A stretch of 64,000 bases of DNA. Origin: a virus. A program made the position numbers and the translations under genes. The stretch is taken from IMG/VR virus record IMGVR_UViG_3300019776_000213, positions 1-64,000 of that record. One strand, written 5' to 3'. Shown here piece by piece: positions 1-10,112 of this stretch. How positions within the stretch are numbered: the first letter of the stretch is position 1; each line of letters opens with the position of its first letter. A model generated the notes under the pieces. It searched no databases. It was not told the DNA's origin and saw only the letters and a list, made by a program, of their open reading frames with translations.

Positions 1-176
1 ATAGTCTATAAAAACTTTCAAGGCTCTATAGAATGGTGTAGTGAAGATAACTGCTTTTATGGCAAGATTCTGCATATAGAAGACTTGATAACCTATGAAG
101 GGTTTTATGAGACTGATTTGATTAACAATTTTAAATTAGCAGTTGAGCGTTATTTGCGTCTCTTGGAAAAGAAAGA

Positions 177-557
177 ATGACAAAGTGGATTATCATATTC
201 TATCTCCTCCTTCCACTCTCAGCCAAAGCATCCTCAGATCTCCATTGCAAAGCCTATATGCTTATGAGAGAAACCAATGGCACAAAGAGCATTAAGATGC
301 AAAGAGCTGTGCTAAATGTCTTGCATAATCGTATGAGAAAGTTTAATATGTCAGCTTGTAAAGTAATTCACATGAATGGGCAATTTCCTTATATGGTGAA
401 TGGATTAAAGCCTGTTAGTAATTATTGGTTGACACATGCTGAAAAATTGAGCAGAATGACTCCCTTGCTTGATAGAGACTATTTATACTTCAATACTGTG
501 AAGCATAAGTGGGGAAAAGAGCAATTGAAAGTGGGAACTATGTGGTTTTCTAAGTAA
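177..557 (+). CDS. Secreted SleB/Hydrolase_2-like cell wall hydrolase
   Basis: Signal peptide, then LHCKAYMLMRE..AVLNVLHNR..ACKVIHMNGQF, matching the Hydrolase_2 pattern CLA...E...AV..VI.NR..C.V....QF. Confidence 0.7.
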   Translation: MTKWIIIFYLLLPLSAKASSDLHCKAYMLMRETNGTKSIKMQRAVLNVLHNRMRKFNMSACKVIHMNGQFPYMVNGLKPVSNYWLTHAEKLSRMTPLLDRDYLYFNTVKHKWGKEQLKVGTMWFSK

Positions 558-573
558 TTAATTAAAGGAGAGA

Positions 574-894
574 ATGATGTTAAATGAGTATGTGAAGAAT
601 AATAGGTCTGATAACGGTAAACACAGCGGCTTTCGTTTTGTGAAGAAAGTTGTATGTGCTGATGGATTTACTATGTCTGTACAAGCAAGTGAAATACACT
701 ACTGTGCTCCAAGAGAAAATGACGCTGAATATTATTCAGAAGTTGAAATTGGATTTCCAAGTATGGCAGATCCTCTGATTGAACAATATGCAGAAGACTT
801 AGAAAATTTAACTGATACAGTGTATGGTTATGTTCCAGTAGAGATTGTTGAGCAAGTTATTTTAAAACATGGTGGAATTAAGGAGAATGTATAA
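574..894 (+). CDS. Hypothetical phage protein
   Basis: 106-aa ORF with AAGGAGA SD. Confidence 0.7.
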   Translation: MMLNEYVKNNRSDNGKHSGFRFVKKVVCADGFTMSVQASEIHYCAPRENDAEYYSEVEIGFPSMADPLIEQYAEDLENLTDTVYGYVPVEIVEQVILKHGGIKENV

Positions 895-1115
895 TGCAAA
901 AATTTACTAAAGAGCAAGCTATTGTCATTACAGGACTTACTGGAGTCACTGCTTGTGACTTCTCAAGTTTTCATGAAGATGTTGAAAAACGTTTAGGTTA
1001 TCCTATTTGGACTCATCAGTTTGCTGATGAAGCATTTGTAGAGAAAGTGAAACAAGCTTACAAGGATGATTTTATTGCCATGTGCTACTCAGAAAAGGAG
1101 AATGAAAATGTTTAA
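894..1115 (+). CDS. Hypothetical phage protein
   Basis: TAATG coupling, AAGGAGA SD. Confidence 0.7.
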   Translation: MQKFTKEQAIVITGLTGVTACDFSSFHEDVEKRLGYPIWTHQFADEAFVEKVKQAYKDDFIAMCYSEKENENV

Positions 1116-1434
1116 AGTTGGAGATTTAGTGAAGTGGAAAGGTACTTCTGGATTACTTACAGAGGATGGTAAATACTCTAAAGAATATGCATACGAAGTA
1201 ATAGACGCCGCTGATGATGATACTATTCTTTTAGTAGATGTTAATGGAGATGAACTTTGGGTTAATAATGAGGACTTTGAACTTGCAACAAGTAAAACAA
1301 CTGAATCTATTGTAGCAACCCCTCAAGAATCTACCTATGAACTAGCTATCTACGGGGTTGGCTTATCAGTAAATGGTAAAGTAAGTCGCTCCGCTGTTAA
1401 TAAAATATTAGAAGTGCTTGCTAAAGGGGAGTGA
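1108..1434 (+). CDS. Hypothetical protein with FKVGD (SH3-like) N-terminus
   Basis: AAGGAGA SD before ATG 1108; MFKVGDLVKW. Confidence 0.6.
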   Translation: MFKVGDLVKWKGTSGLLTEDGKYSKEYAYEVIDAADDDTILLVDVNGDELWVNNEDFELATSKTTESIVATPQESTYELAIYGVGLSVNGKVSRSAVNKILEVLAKGE

Positions 1435-1637
1435 TGTGGAAAAGTCAATGTATATAGATGCTATTATGGTACATGGTTGGAAATCTTGGGATTTTGCAGA
1501 AAAGTATCAAAGACTTGGGTTAATGGTAAATTTAGGCAATCAAATGGGTGCAGAGTTTAAATGGCTCAGGTTTAAGCTAGAGACTCTTTCAGAAGACCAA
1601 TTGAAAGATATTTATAAAGAACTTAAAGGAGAATAAT

Positions 1638-2090
1638 ATGAATGTATTTAAATATGTATTTCTGAAGTTGAAAGAGTTGTTTTCTGATAAGGATGAAACA
1701 GTCGAGTATAAATATCTTAATGACACTACTAAAGAAGTAAACACAACGGCATATCTGTTATCATCAGAGGCTAACAAAGAACGTTTGCTTAAGTCTGTAA
1801 GTCAATTGAAAGATACTAAACAACACAATGGAAAGTGTAGTCGTATACACTATTCACCTATCGGTTCAACTGTCCACATTCCGATTGAAGAAACCGTAGA
1901 CGTATATCCAGCTTCTCTGGCAGAGAATGACAAAAAGCCTAAACGAGAGTACAACCGAGCTACAAAGCAACAAGTATCACGAATTAAAGTATTAGTAGGA
2001 CGTGGAAAGAATACAAAAGCTATTGCAAAAGATGTAGGATTGCCGTATGATAATGTGAATTATTATGTGAAGAAGTTTTCTGAGGAATAA
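1638..2090 (+). CDS. Protein with YefM-like antitoxin segment and C-terminal HTH
   Basis: TAYLLSSEANKERLLKSVSQLK resembles the YefM C-terminus; GKNTKAIAKDVGLPYDNVNYYVK is HTH-like. Confidence 0.6.
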   Translation: MNVFKYVFLKLKELFSDKDETVEYKYLNDTTKEVNTTAYLLSSEANKERLLKSVSQLKDTKQHNGKCSRIHYSPIGSTVHIPIEETVDVYPASLAENDKKPKREYNRATKQQVSRIKVLVGRGKNTKAIAKDVGLPYDNVNYYVKKFSEE

Positions 2091-2112
2091 TTATTTAATT
2101 AAGGAGAAGATT

Positions 2113-2499
2113 ATGTTTGATAGAATAAAACTTTCAACCGAAGTATCACAACACCCATCACATATAGATGTATATGAACATAGAGCACCTACAGCAGATA
2201 CTGCAAAGTTTCTAAAAGAATTAGAAGATAAGGCTAAAGATAATATTCTAAAATCTATACGTATTGAGAATAATTCTTTTAACTGCGTAGTTCACTATCA
2301 GATGTCCTCACTGATGCTGGATCATATTTTTATAATCATATTTAAACTTAATAACGTAGAGTCAAGAGTAGAAGTAGTTTTCAGGGATTTTGAAATTACA
2401 CAAGAGAAAATTATAAAAGGAATCCGTGATGCAGTAGCTGAAGAAATTTCAAATAAGATGTTGTGTAGTATATATAAGGAATTAAATAGAATATTTTAA
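2113..2499 (+). CDS. Hypothetical phage protein
   Basis: 128-aa ORF, TAAGGAGA SD. Confidence 0.7.
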   Translation: MFDRIKLSTEVSQHPSHIDVYEHRAPTADTAKFLKELEDKAKDNILKSIRIENNSFNCVVHYQMSSLMLDHIFIIIFKLNNVESRVEVVFRDFEITQEKIIKGIRDAVAEEISNKMLCSIYKELNRIF

Positions 2500-2760
2500 G
2501 GGGAATAATTATGGGAACTATTGAACAATTTTGCTTGAGTAAAGACTTTGCAAGAAGCACTACAAACTATAAAGACTTGCTTATTCATAACTTCAGTGGT
2601 ATTTTCTATATTAATTATAAAATCTTTAATCAATTAATTTCACATCCTTCAATTAGATGGCACAGAGGGTGTGAGTTTGTTGAAGATGATTATGCTTTAC
2701 ATGTAGGAAATAATTTAACTCTTATTTCTGATTGGAAGCTAAAAGGTAAGGAGAAATAAC

Positions 2761-2952
2761 ATGACAGAAAATGTGTATTATGTTTTACTAGGAGAAGAAG
2801 CCAAATGGTATGATGAAGGTATGATTGCCTTTGACCAAGGACAAGATTATTACTCATGTCCATACGCTGATGGAACAATTGAGAAGAGTTATTGGCAAAC
2901 TGGATATGCTGAAGCTAAGAATGATCCAATTGTAGAACAAATTGGAGTATGA
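2761..2952 (+). CDS. Ribosome modulation factor (Rmf)-like small protein
   Basis: EG..AF..G.....CPY.......W..GY.EA pattern as in Rmf. Confidence 0.5.
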   Translation: MTENVYYVLLGEEAKWYDEGMIAFDQGQDYYSCPYADGTIEKSYWQTGYAEAKNDPIVEQIGV

Positions 2953-3724
2953 TATGACAGCTCTAATAACAATCATAGGAATTGTACTTCTAGCTTATTC
3001 TGTACTAGCGGTAACAATTCTTTGTTATTTGTATTATAAACACAAAGATTCTGTAGGAGTTATTAAGTTTGTAATAGAACCTACTAAAGGTGATAATTAC
3101 AAAGTACGTGGAATAAATAAAGATACTTACACTAGGCCTCCAGCACCTAGCCCACCTCCTCCAAGAGATGCACGAGGAAGGATTAAGAAGGAGCCTTATT
3201 GTTAGAGTGGAAGACCTATGAGTAGATATTTTAAGGAGAAAGTATAATGAATGTTAAACAAGCGATTGATAGGTATGGTAACACTCCGCTAATATTTAAA
3301 GAATACCATAAACTAACTTTCATATTTCAGTCTACGCCAAATGCACAGAATGATTTAATTATTAGTATAGGCGGTGATGAGCTGGATATTTATAGATTCT
3401 CGTTTTGTGATACGTACTCTGTAAATACTTTAAGTGAGATATTAACTACAGAAGGTGAAGGTATTTTACAGCATATTTATGATCTTGGTACTCAAGAGAA
3501 ATTTTGGATAGAAAATAAGGAGGAAGAATGAGAAAACTTAACGACTCAATTGAAAATATACGAGTGATTGATAGTCGATCTGGATTCAGTATTGTTATTA
3601 ACTACGGTGACGGAAACACACAGAAGTGGTTTCTAGATGATGAATATTACAAGGATGATTTGGTTAATGTGTTTAAAGAGCTTGGATTCAATTCTGAGCA
3701 CGAGATTGATAATAGGGAGAAGAA

Positions 3725-4465
3725 ATGACACGAGAAATTAAACGAGAACAGATTAACGTAGAATATATTGATCACATGGGAAGTGATATTCGAGTCAGCA
3801 ACGTAGCTAAAGTAAGCTTTAATAAATGGGATGATGAAGGCATTCCAATTAACAATAAACAGATAGGGCTGTTGAATTACTTAGCAACAGGGCTTCGATC
3901 TGATGAACGGGATGATTGGGAGAAACGTGCTAAAGCTAGTACACATTTTACTCCCTTCGGGCATTGCTTTTTAAGTGTGCGAGTATCTGTACCTTACTTC
4001 TTAGCACGGCAACTTGTGAAGCATCAAATTGGACTCTGCTTGAATGAGGAATCACGACGGTATATTTCAGATGATGTTGCTCTATACATTCCAGAAGTTG
4101 TTCATAGTCGTCCTGATGGGAGTATCAAACAGGGCAGTGGAGAAGTAAATACAGAGAAACATATTCGATGCAACGACGATGATCATTGTACAGCTATTGA
4201 AGCTATTGAGATGAGTTCTGAGCAAGCTGTATTAAATTACTACTCATTGTTAGAAAACAATGTAGCACCAGAAGAAGCTCGTATGGTACTTCCTTTAAAT
4301 GCAATGACACATTATGTTTGGAGTGGAAGTTTGATGGCATTCTTACGTGTAGTGAAGCAACGAGTAGACCCTCATGCTCAATTAGCTGCACAAGAGTTTG
4401 CTAATAAGTTATTGCCAATTCTGCGAGATAAGTTTCCAGAGTCTGTTAAGGCATTTGGATTTTAA
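3725..4465 (+). CDS. thyX: FAD-dependent thymidylate synthase
   Basis: HFTPFGH, ARQLVKHQ...NEESRRY, APEEARMVLP, R...HAQ motifs. Confidence 0.93.
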   Translation: MTREIKREQINVEYIDHMGSDIRVSNVAKVSFNKWDDEGIPINNKQIGLLNYLATGLRSDERDDWEKRAKASTHFTPFGHCFLSVRVSVPYFLARQLVKHQIGLCLNEESRRYISDDVALYIPEVVHSRPDGSIKQGSGEVNTEKHIRCNDDDHCTAIEAIEMSSEQAVLNYYSLLENNVAPEEARMVLPLNAMTHYVWSGSLMAFLRVVKQRVDPHAQLAAQEFANKLLPILRDKFPESVKAFGF

Positions 4466-4877
4466 GGGAGAATAAAATGTTAGTAAAAGAAATGATTGAA
4501 AGGCTTCAACTTATGCCACAAAACTTAGAAGTATTCTCTATGTGTGATCACGGACAAACCCTAGAGAAAAGTATGAATCCAAGCATTTATTACATTGATC
4601 CAAGTGATTATGAAAACTATACTGACGATGAAGAAGCTGCTGAAGAGTATGGTTATACTAAAACTATAGTACTTCTTTAAAGGTATTGTATGAACGTAAA
4701 AGAGCTAGTATTACAACTTCAATCCTTTCCAGAAGATACAGTAGTATTATTTGATGCACCATATTATGGAGATTGTGAAGTGATGCATATAGAATATTTA
4801 AAAGGTTCTATATTTGATGATATTTTACATAAAATAGTATAAAGAGATAAAGAGATTGTAATCCTACGAGGTAACAC

Positions 4878-4906
4878 TTGACAAAAGCCCCAAAGCCTTC
4901 TACAAT
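4878..4906 (+). promoter_or_regulatory. Sigma70-type promoter overlapping an inverted repeat
   Basis: TTGACA-17-TACAAT; AAAGCCCCA/TGGGGCTTT arms. Confidence 0.8.
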
Positions 4907-4953
4907 GTTGGTAATGGGGCTTTGTTTATTAGAGTTAATTAAAGGAGAAGATA

Positions 4954-5160
4954 ATGTATATTAAATTATGAGGTGCAAATGAGAATGGTTTTCCATGTGA
5001 TTGTACTGTTGGCAAAGTTTATGAAATTATTAATATTGATGAAGATGATGATTTCTACTTTATTGATGATATCGGGGAAGAAGACTTTGCATACTGCCCT
5101 ATCAATGGGTGGATTACAGGGAATTGGCAAGTAGTTGATAAGAATGGTGATCCTATATAA
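4954..5160 (+). pseudogene. Small ORF interrupted by in-frame TGA at codon 6
   Basis: AAGGAGA SD, ATG 4954, TGA 4969-4971, frame stays open to TAA 5160. Confidence 0.6.
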
Positions 5161-5174
5161 GGAGAGAGAGAAGA

Positions 5175-5313
5175 ATGATATTTGAAATAGGAATGCCAAT
5201 TGCATTTTTAGTGTACTGGTTTGGGGCTGTGGTTTGTAATTAATAAATATGAACAAGATATTAGAGAGCTTAAAATTGAGAATGGGCTGTTGAGAGAACT
5301 TATTAAAGGATGA
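5175..5313 (+). pseudogene. Frameshifted small membrane/coiled-coil protein
   Basis: MIFEIGMPIAFLV continues as TGLGLWFVINKYEQDIRELK in a shifted frame near 5211-5214. Confidence 0.5.
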
Positions 5314-5316
5314 AAA

Positions 5317-5877
5317 ATGAAACGTATTGACGCATACAAAGAAATATTAAATACTATCAAAGATTGTAAGAGTAAAGTTGATGGAGTTTTGAACAATGAC
5401 ATTAATATTGAACATAATTTAGAGAATCTTATAGTGTTGGAAGAGCTACAAGAGAAATTCAAAATAAATCTACAGAATACTTATAACTATCCTCCTTCAC
5501 ATATTCGGCTGAAAGACGATTTATACCTGACATACTTTGGTAAACACAACAATGCTAAAATATCATTTCCAGATGATGGAAAGCAACCTGATGATGTATG
5601 GCTTCTGCATATACACTATAGCACAGGAGCTTATATGTTTGGAAATGACTACCCGTGTAAAGTTTTTAATGCATTCTTTCAAGAATTAAAGACTTTTAAA
5701 CCATCTCATATTGATTCTGCCAATCATGCACTATATTTTACTGAAGATACTGCTAAAGACTTCTATGATAATTATAAGGATATTGAGAAGAAATACTATG
5801 AGATTGCAAAGCAATCAAGAAAGCAGAGTCAGATTGAAAAGTTAAAAGAAGAACTTAAAGAATTGGAGGGCAATTGA
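5317..5877 (+). CDS. Hypothetical phage protein
   Basis: 186-aa ORF adjacent to ligase. Confidence 0.7.
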   Translation: MKRIDAYKEILNTIKDCKSKVDGVLNNDINIEHNLENLIVLEELQEKFKINLQNTYNYPPSHIRLKDDLYLTYFGKHNNAKISFPDDGKQPDDVWLLHIHYSTGAYMFGNDYPCKVFNAFFQELKTFKPSHIDSANHALYFTEDTAKDFYDNYKDIEKKYYEIAKQSRKQSQIEKLKEELKELEGN

Positions 5878-7224
5878 ATGACACTACATCAAATTATTAA
5901 AGCTTTACAACAAGCTTCTGGAAGTAATGCAAAGCAAGTTATTCTTCAGCAGAATAAAGATAATACGCTTTTGAAGGCTTATTTGAAGGCTGTGTATGAC
6001 CCTGCTATTAGCTATTACCAAACTAAAACATTAACATATAAAAATAACATGGGATATGGCTTTAATAGCGGAACTATTTCTGCTTTAATAAGCACACTGG
6101 CAAACAGAGAGCTAACAGGTATCCAAGCTAAAACTTGGTTAGACAATTTAATGAAGGCTTCTAACGATGAGTCACAAGAGTTAATTCAACTACTTATCAA
6201 ACGTTCTATAGGTGCTGGAGTAGGTGACTCATTAATATTGGGAGTATTTCCAGACTTGTACTTTATTCCGCCCTATCAACGCTGCTCACTACTTGATGAA
6301 AAGATTAAGGCTAAGTTTGAGAAGCTCAATAGTTTTATAATTCAAGAGAAGTTGGATGGAAGCTTTTGCTACCTTGTTAAAGAGGCTGGAAAGGCTCCAG
6401 AAGCGATTACAAGGGCTGGTAGTAAGTATCCTACAGAGTTTTCTGAAAAACTTGCTAAAGGGCTTCCTGATGGGTTTGTAGCTGTTGGAGAGTTACTTGT
6501 GTATAGACCTAACTACTATGAGAGAACTCTAGAACCTTTAAGCAGAAAAGAGGGAAACGGCATATTAAATAGTATTCTAAAAAGGGGAGAAGTAGATGCT
6601 AATTTAACTTTTGAATTGACAGCTTGGGACTGCTTAACTGTTAACGAATGGAAGGAAGGTAAAAGTAGTAAGCCATACCATCAAAGATTGGATAATTTAG
6701 ATGAAGTAATCTCAGATATGAGTAATGTTCGACCTATTACGACTCATTACGTAAGTAAGCTAGAAGAAGCTTATAAAATCTATTCTAAATTTACAGCACA
6801 AGGACTTGAGGGCGCTGTTATAAAAAGTAAAGATTTCAAATGGTCATCAGGTACATCTAAAGATTGTGTAAAGCTAAAGATTGAGTTTGAAATGGACTTG
6901 CAAGTAATTAGTATTACAGAAGGAACAGGAAAAGCTAAAGCGATGATGGGAAGTATTACTTTAAAATCATCGGACGGAATTATTGTGACAGACTGTGGTA
7001 GTGGATTCTCTGATGAAGATCGTGAAGAATGGTGGAATAATCAAGATAACCGAATTGGAAGTATTGTTACAGTTAAAGCAAATGACATTATTACAAAGCG
7101 AGATAGTGAAATAAGAAGCCTGTTTTTACCAATCTATATTGAGCATCGCCTTGACAAGTCAGAAGCCGATAGTTATCATAAGTGCGTTCAACAACTTGAA
7201 GCAGCCAAGAGAGGTAACAAATGA
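5878..7224 (+). CDS. ATP-dependent DNA ligase
   Basis: QEKLDG motif I, GELL, WD, EGAVIK, KLK, CGSGFSD OB domain. Confidence 0.93.
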   Translation: MTLHQIIKALQQASGSNAKQVILQQNKDNTLLKAYLKAVYDPAISYYQTKTLTYKNNMGYGFNSGTISALISTLANRELTGIQAKTWLDNLMKASNDESQELIQLLIKRSIGAGVGDSLILGVFPDLYFIPPYQRCSLLDEKIKAKFEKLNSFIIQEKLDGSFCYLVKEAGKAPEAITRAGSKYPTEFSEKLAKGLPDGFVAVGELLVYRPNYYERTLEPLSRKEGNGILNSILKRGEVDANLTFELTAWDCLTVNEWKEGKSSKPYHQRLDNLDEVISDMSNVRPITTHYVSKLEEAYKIYSKFTAQGLEGAVIKSKDFKWSSGTSKDCVKLKIEFEMDLQVISITEGTGKAKAMMGSITLKSSDGIIVTDCGSGFSDEDREEWWNNQDNRIGSIVTVKANDIITKRDSEIRSLFLPIYIEHRLDKSEADSYHKCVQQLEAAKRGNK

Positions 7225-7625
7225 CCAATCAAAAACTAATAAGCGCATTACAATCTCGTATTGCAAAGCGTAGAAAAGACATCTATACACTATGGTACAT
7301 GAGCGTTGATACTCACCCAGAAGACCGTGAAATGTTTAAGTCTTATGCCATATTTGAAGGAGTTAAACAAAAAGAAGATAAGCTTATTATGAAGGCGTTG
7401 ATAGAAGCTGAAAATAGTCTTCAATATATTAAGAAGTTAAAGAAGTACAATGAGGGAATGTTTGCATATTTGGTATCTAAGCAACAGGGTGAAGATGGTT
7501 GCCGAAGAAAGTTCTGGATGGCAGGAGAAGAAATTTATAAGAACTCTATATTTGAATTGAATAAAGCTGATAATTATAGAGAGTCTATGAGGTTGTCTGG
7601 TATGATTGATAAGGAGAAGTTATGA
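7221..7625 (+). CDS. Hypothetical protein (paralog of 10500-10826)
   Basis: Shared ISALQS.IA N-terminus. Confidence 0.6.
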   Translation: MTNQKLISALQSRIAKRRKDIYTLWYMSVDTHPEDREMFKSYAIFEGVKQKEDKLIMKALIEAENSLQYIKKLKKYNEGMFAYLVSKQQGEDGCRRKFWMAGEEIYKNSIFELNKADNYRESMRLSGMIDKEKL

Positions 7626-7795
7626 ACAACACTGAATATGAATTACTTACAAAGGGGCAGCTTCTTGAGATGGTGGAGAGGTTGCAAGAGGAGAATGAAG
7701 AGCTTACTATTAAGTTAGAAAAAGCAGAATGGAAGAATATTAACAGATATGAGCCTGAGTTGTCAGAAATGAAATCTAACTGGGATTGAGGAAGA

Positions 7796-8164
7796 TTGAT
7801 GAAAACTCTTGAAGAAATGTTTCAATATGCTAAGACTATTGTGGACAATGATGAAAACGCTATTGTGATGTTTTTTGTTGATAATTATGAAATTATCAAG
7901 AGCATAAGCTCAGAACTCAGCAATGGTATAGAGTGTACTTACAAAAGTAAAGGAAGCTTGTATGTAAGAGTTAGTCCTAAGAGTATGGAAGAGTTCTGGC
8001 ACTATTTTTATGGGTTTAACATTACTCACTTATTTATAACAGGACTTCCATTGTCAAATGACCTTTATGCTGCATTGAAGAGTAGAATTAGGTCACACAA
8101 GAAGACTAAAGAACCTTTTGGGATTTATAATAGTTTTCATGTAGAGAGGTGGGAGGAGTATTGA
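7796..8164 (+). CDS. Hypothetical phage protein
   Basis: 122-aa ORF. Confidence 0.6.
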   Translation: MMKTLEEMFQYAKTIVDNDENAIVMFFVDNYEIIKSISSELSNGIECTYKSKGSLYVRVSPKSMEEFWHYFYGFNITHLFITGLPLSNDLYAALKSRIRSHKKTKEPFGIYNSFHVERWEEY

Positions 8165-8196
8165 TGGGATATTGGAAATCAACTAAAGGAGAAGAA

Positions 8197-9813
8197 ATGA
8201 GTTCAGAGAAGTTTGTTCCAAAAGAAACTATGAAGGATGTTGAAGGGTACGGTTATGCAGATATTCCTGACAGGGGAATAAGAAAAGAAACACTAGAACG
8301 CTTTGGTGTTAAAGTAGCCGTATCTACTGAGGATGGAAAAACACCAATTGCAGTATATTTTCCATCATACAATCAAAAGGGAAAGGTAACTGGCTACAAA
8401 GTACAAGACCTTACAAAAGACAAGAGTGAGAAGTTTCACTGGAGTGTTATTGGGAATGTTTCTATTCAAAACAAGTTATTTGCACAAGAGCAAAGTGAAG
8501 CCGTACAACGTAAAAGAAATACTTTGATTCTCACAGAGGGTGAGTGGGATGCAATCTCATGCTGGCAATCAATGACAGACCAAGTTAAAGGTACTAAGTT
8601 TGCAGGATTAGAGCCTTTTGTTTGTTCTATTCCTATGGGGACTGCTAATGCTGTAGAGGCAGTCCTACATAATCAAGACTTTGTACTATCGCATGAAAAT
8701 CTTAACATTTTCTTTGATGATGATTGTTGCACACCAGCAGAGAAACAAAAGAATATTATGAAAGGGCATGAAGCTCGTGAGGCTGTGGCTAATGCACTTA
8801 TTGGTTCTGGGATTACATTATTTACTACGACTACAGGAGGAGATTTTAAAGATGCATCAGACATGGTTCAAGCCAATAAAGCCGATGAACTGGCAAAGTT
8901 AGTACAATTTGGCAAGAGGGCTTTTAGTGCTGAGAAGATTGTTCATGCTGCCGATATCACTTTTGAAGAACTTATTCAGGAGCGGGAAGAAGGGTTATAT
9001 GTAGATTGTTTCCCGAAACTGATGGATAAAATTCACGGATTTCGCAAACGTGAATTAGTGCTACTCACATCTCCTAGTGGAGTTGGGAAGAGTACCGTGA
9101 CCAGTATTTTTGCTAGTGCTTTTATGAAAGCTGGAGAGAAAGTTGGCATGATTTATCTTGAGGAGACAAACAAAGAAACCCTTCAACGGATGGTTGCAGC
9201 AAAGCTTAAAGTAAACTACAACAGATTTAAGAACAAGCCATTATCCTGTGGAAAGAGCCGCGAAGAAGTACAACAAGCATATGATGAAATTGTAAATAAC
9301 GACCAACTTATTATGTTGGGGCATTTTGGTAGCTTACCTATCACAGAACTCATGAGTAAAGTGCGACACATGCATTTAGTAGAAGGATGTTCTTATATTG
9401 TGCTAGATCACTTATCAGTAGTTATATCTGGCTCAGATATTGCAAATGAGCGTAAAGAGCTTGACATGGTAATGACAGAGTTAGCAGCCTTTTGTGCAGC
9501 AAATGATGTTTGTATTATTGCTGTTTCTCATATCAAACGCCTTGACGGTCAAGATTATAAACCACCAAAAGGCAAAGAAAATGAGCCTTTTTGGATTAAG
9601 GTTACTAAAGAATCAATGCGAGGAAGCGCAGCTCTTGAACAACTGTCATTTGTTATCATTGGATTAGAACCTCAAATTCGCCCGGATAGACAGCGAGGGC
9701 TTGTGCGACTGACTTGTCTCAAAAACAGACCTTGGAGCTATTTGGGAGATTGTGATGAGTTCTCGGTTGATGAAGATACTTGGGAAGTAATATTGAATGC
9801 AGTTTCTTTCTAA
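8197..9813 (+). CDS. T7 gp4-like DNA primase-helicase
   Basis: TOPRIM TEGEWDA, FDDD, KDASD; Walker A SPSGVGKS; IVLDHLS, MRGSAALEQLS, LKNR; SD before ATG 8197. Confidence 0.93.
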   Translation: MSSEKFVPKETMKDVEGYGYADIPDRGIRKETLERFGVKVAVSTEDGKTPIAVYFPSYNQKGKVTGYKVQDLTKDKSEKFHWSVIGNVSIQNKLFAQEQSEAVQRKRNTLILTEGEWDAISCWQSMTDQVKGTKFAGLEPFVCSIPMGTANAVEAVLHNQDFVLSHENLNIFFDDDCCTPAEKQKNIMKGHEAREAVANALIGSGITLFTTTTGGDFKDASDMVQANKADELAKLVQFGKRAFSAEKIVHAADITFEELIQEREEGLYVDCFPKLMDKIHGFRKRELVLLTSPSGVGKSTVTSIFASAFMKAGEKVGMIYLEETNKETLQRMVAAKLKVNYNRFKNKPLSCGKSREEVQQAYDEIVNNDQLIMLGHFGSLPITELMSKVRHMHLVEGCSYIVLDHLSVVISGSDIANERKELDMVMTELAAFCAANDVCIIAVSHIKRLDGQDYKPPKGKENEPFWIKVTKESMRGSAALEQLSFVIIGLEPQIRPDRQRGLVRLTCLKNRPWSYLGDCDEFSVDEDTWEVILNAVSF

Positions 9814-9818
9814 GCCCC

Positions 9819-9852
9819 TTGACAAGCCATTTTATTCAAAGTAGAATGGCTT
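9819..9852 (+). promoter_or_regulatory. Sigma70-type promoter overlapping a hairpin
   Basis: TTGACA-17-TAGAAT; arms AAGCCATTTTA/TAGAATGGCTT. Confidence 0.75.
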
Positions 9853-10112
9853 CATTCAATTAACAAACAAGGGGAGAACTATGACAAAGCTTAAAGATGA
9901 ATTTATCGTATTGCACAACCCTTCACGTATGTTCCACAAGTGGGAGCTATTCTGTAAAGGAGAACAGAAGAGTGTTGTAGGAGAAACTGCTGGTGATGTT
10001 CGTATTGAAACTAAAATGGTAACTCGTAATATTGGAAAGTATTCTTCTGAAGAACGTGCTAAAGGGATGAAGATGTATTATGAGAGTTTAAATAAATTTA
10101 AAGGAGAGTAAT

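Noticed and set aside
3203-4971. Stop-codon reassignment
   Set aside because: Internal stops include TAG, TAA and TGA; all three terminate normal genes; no suppressor tRNA
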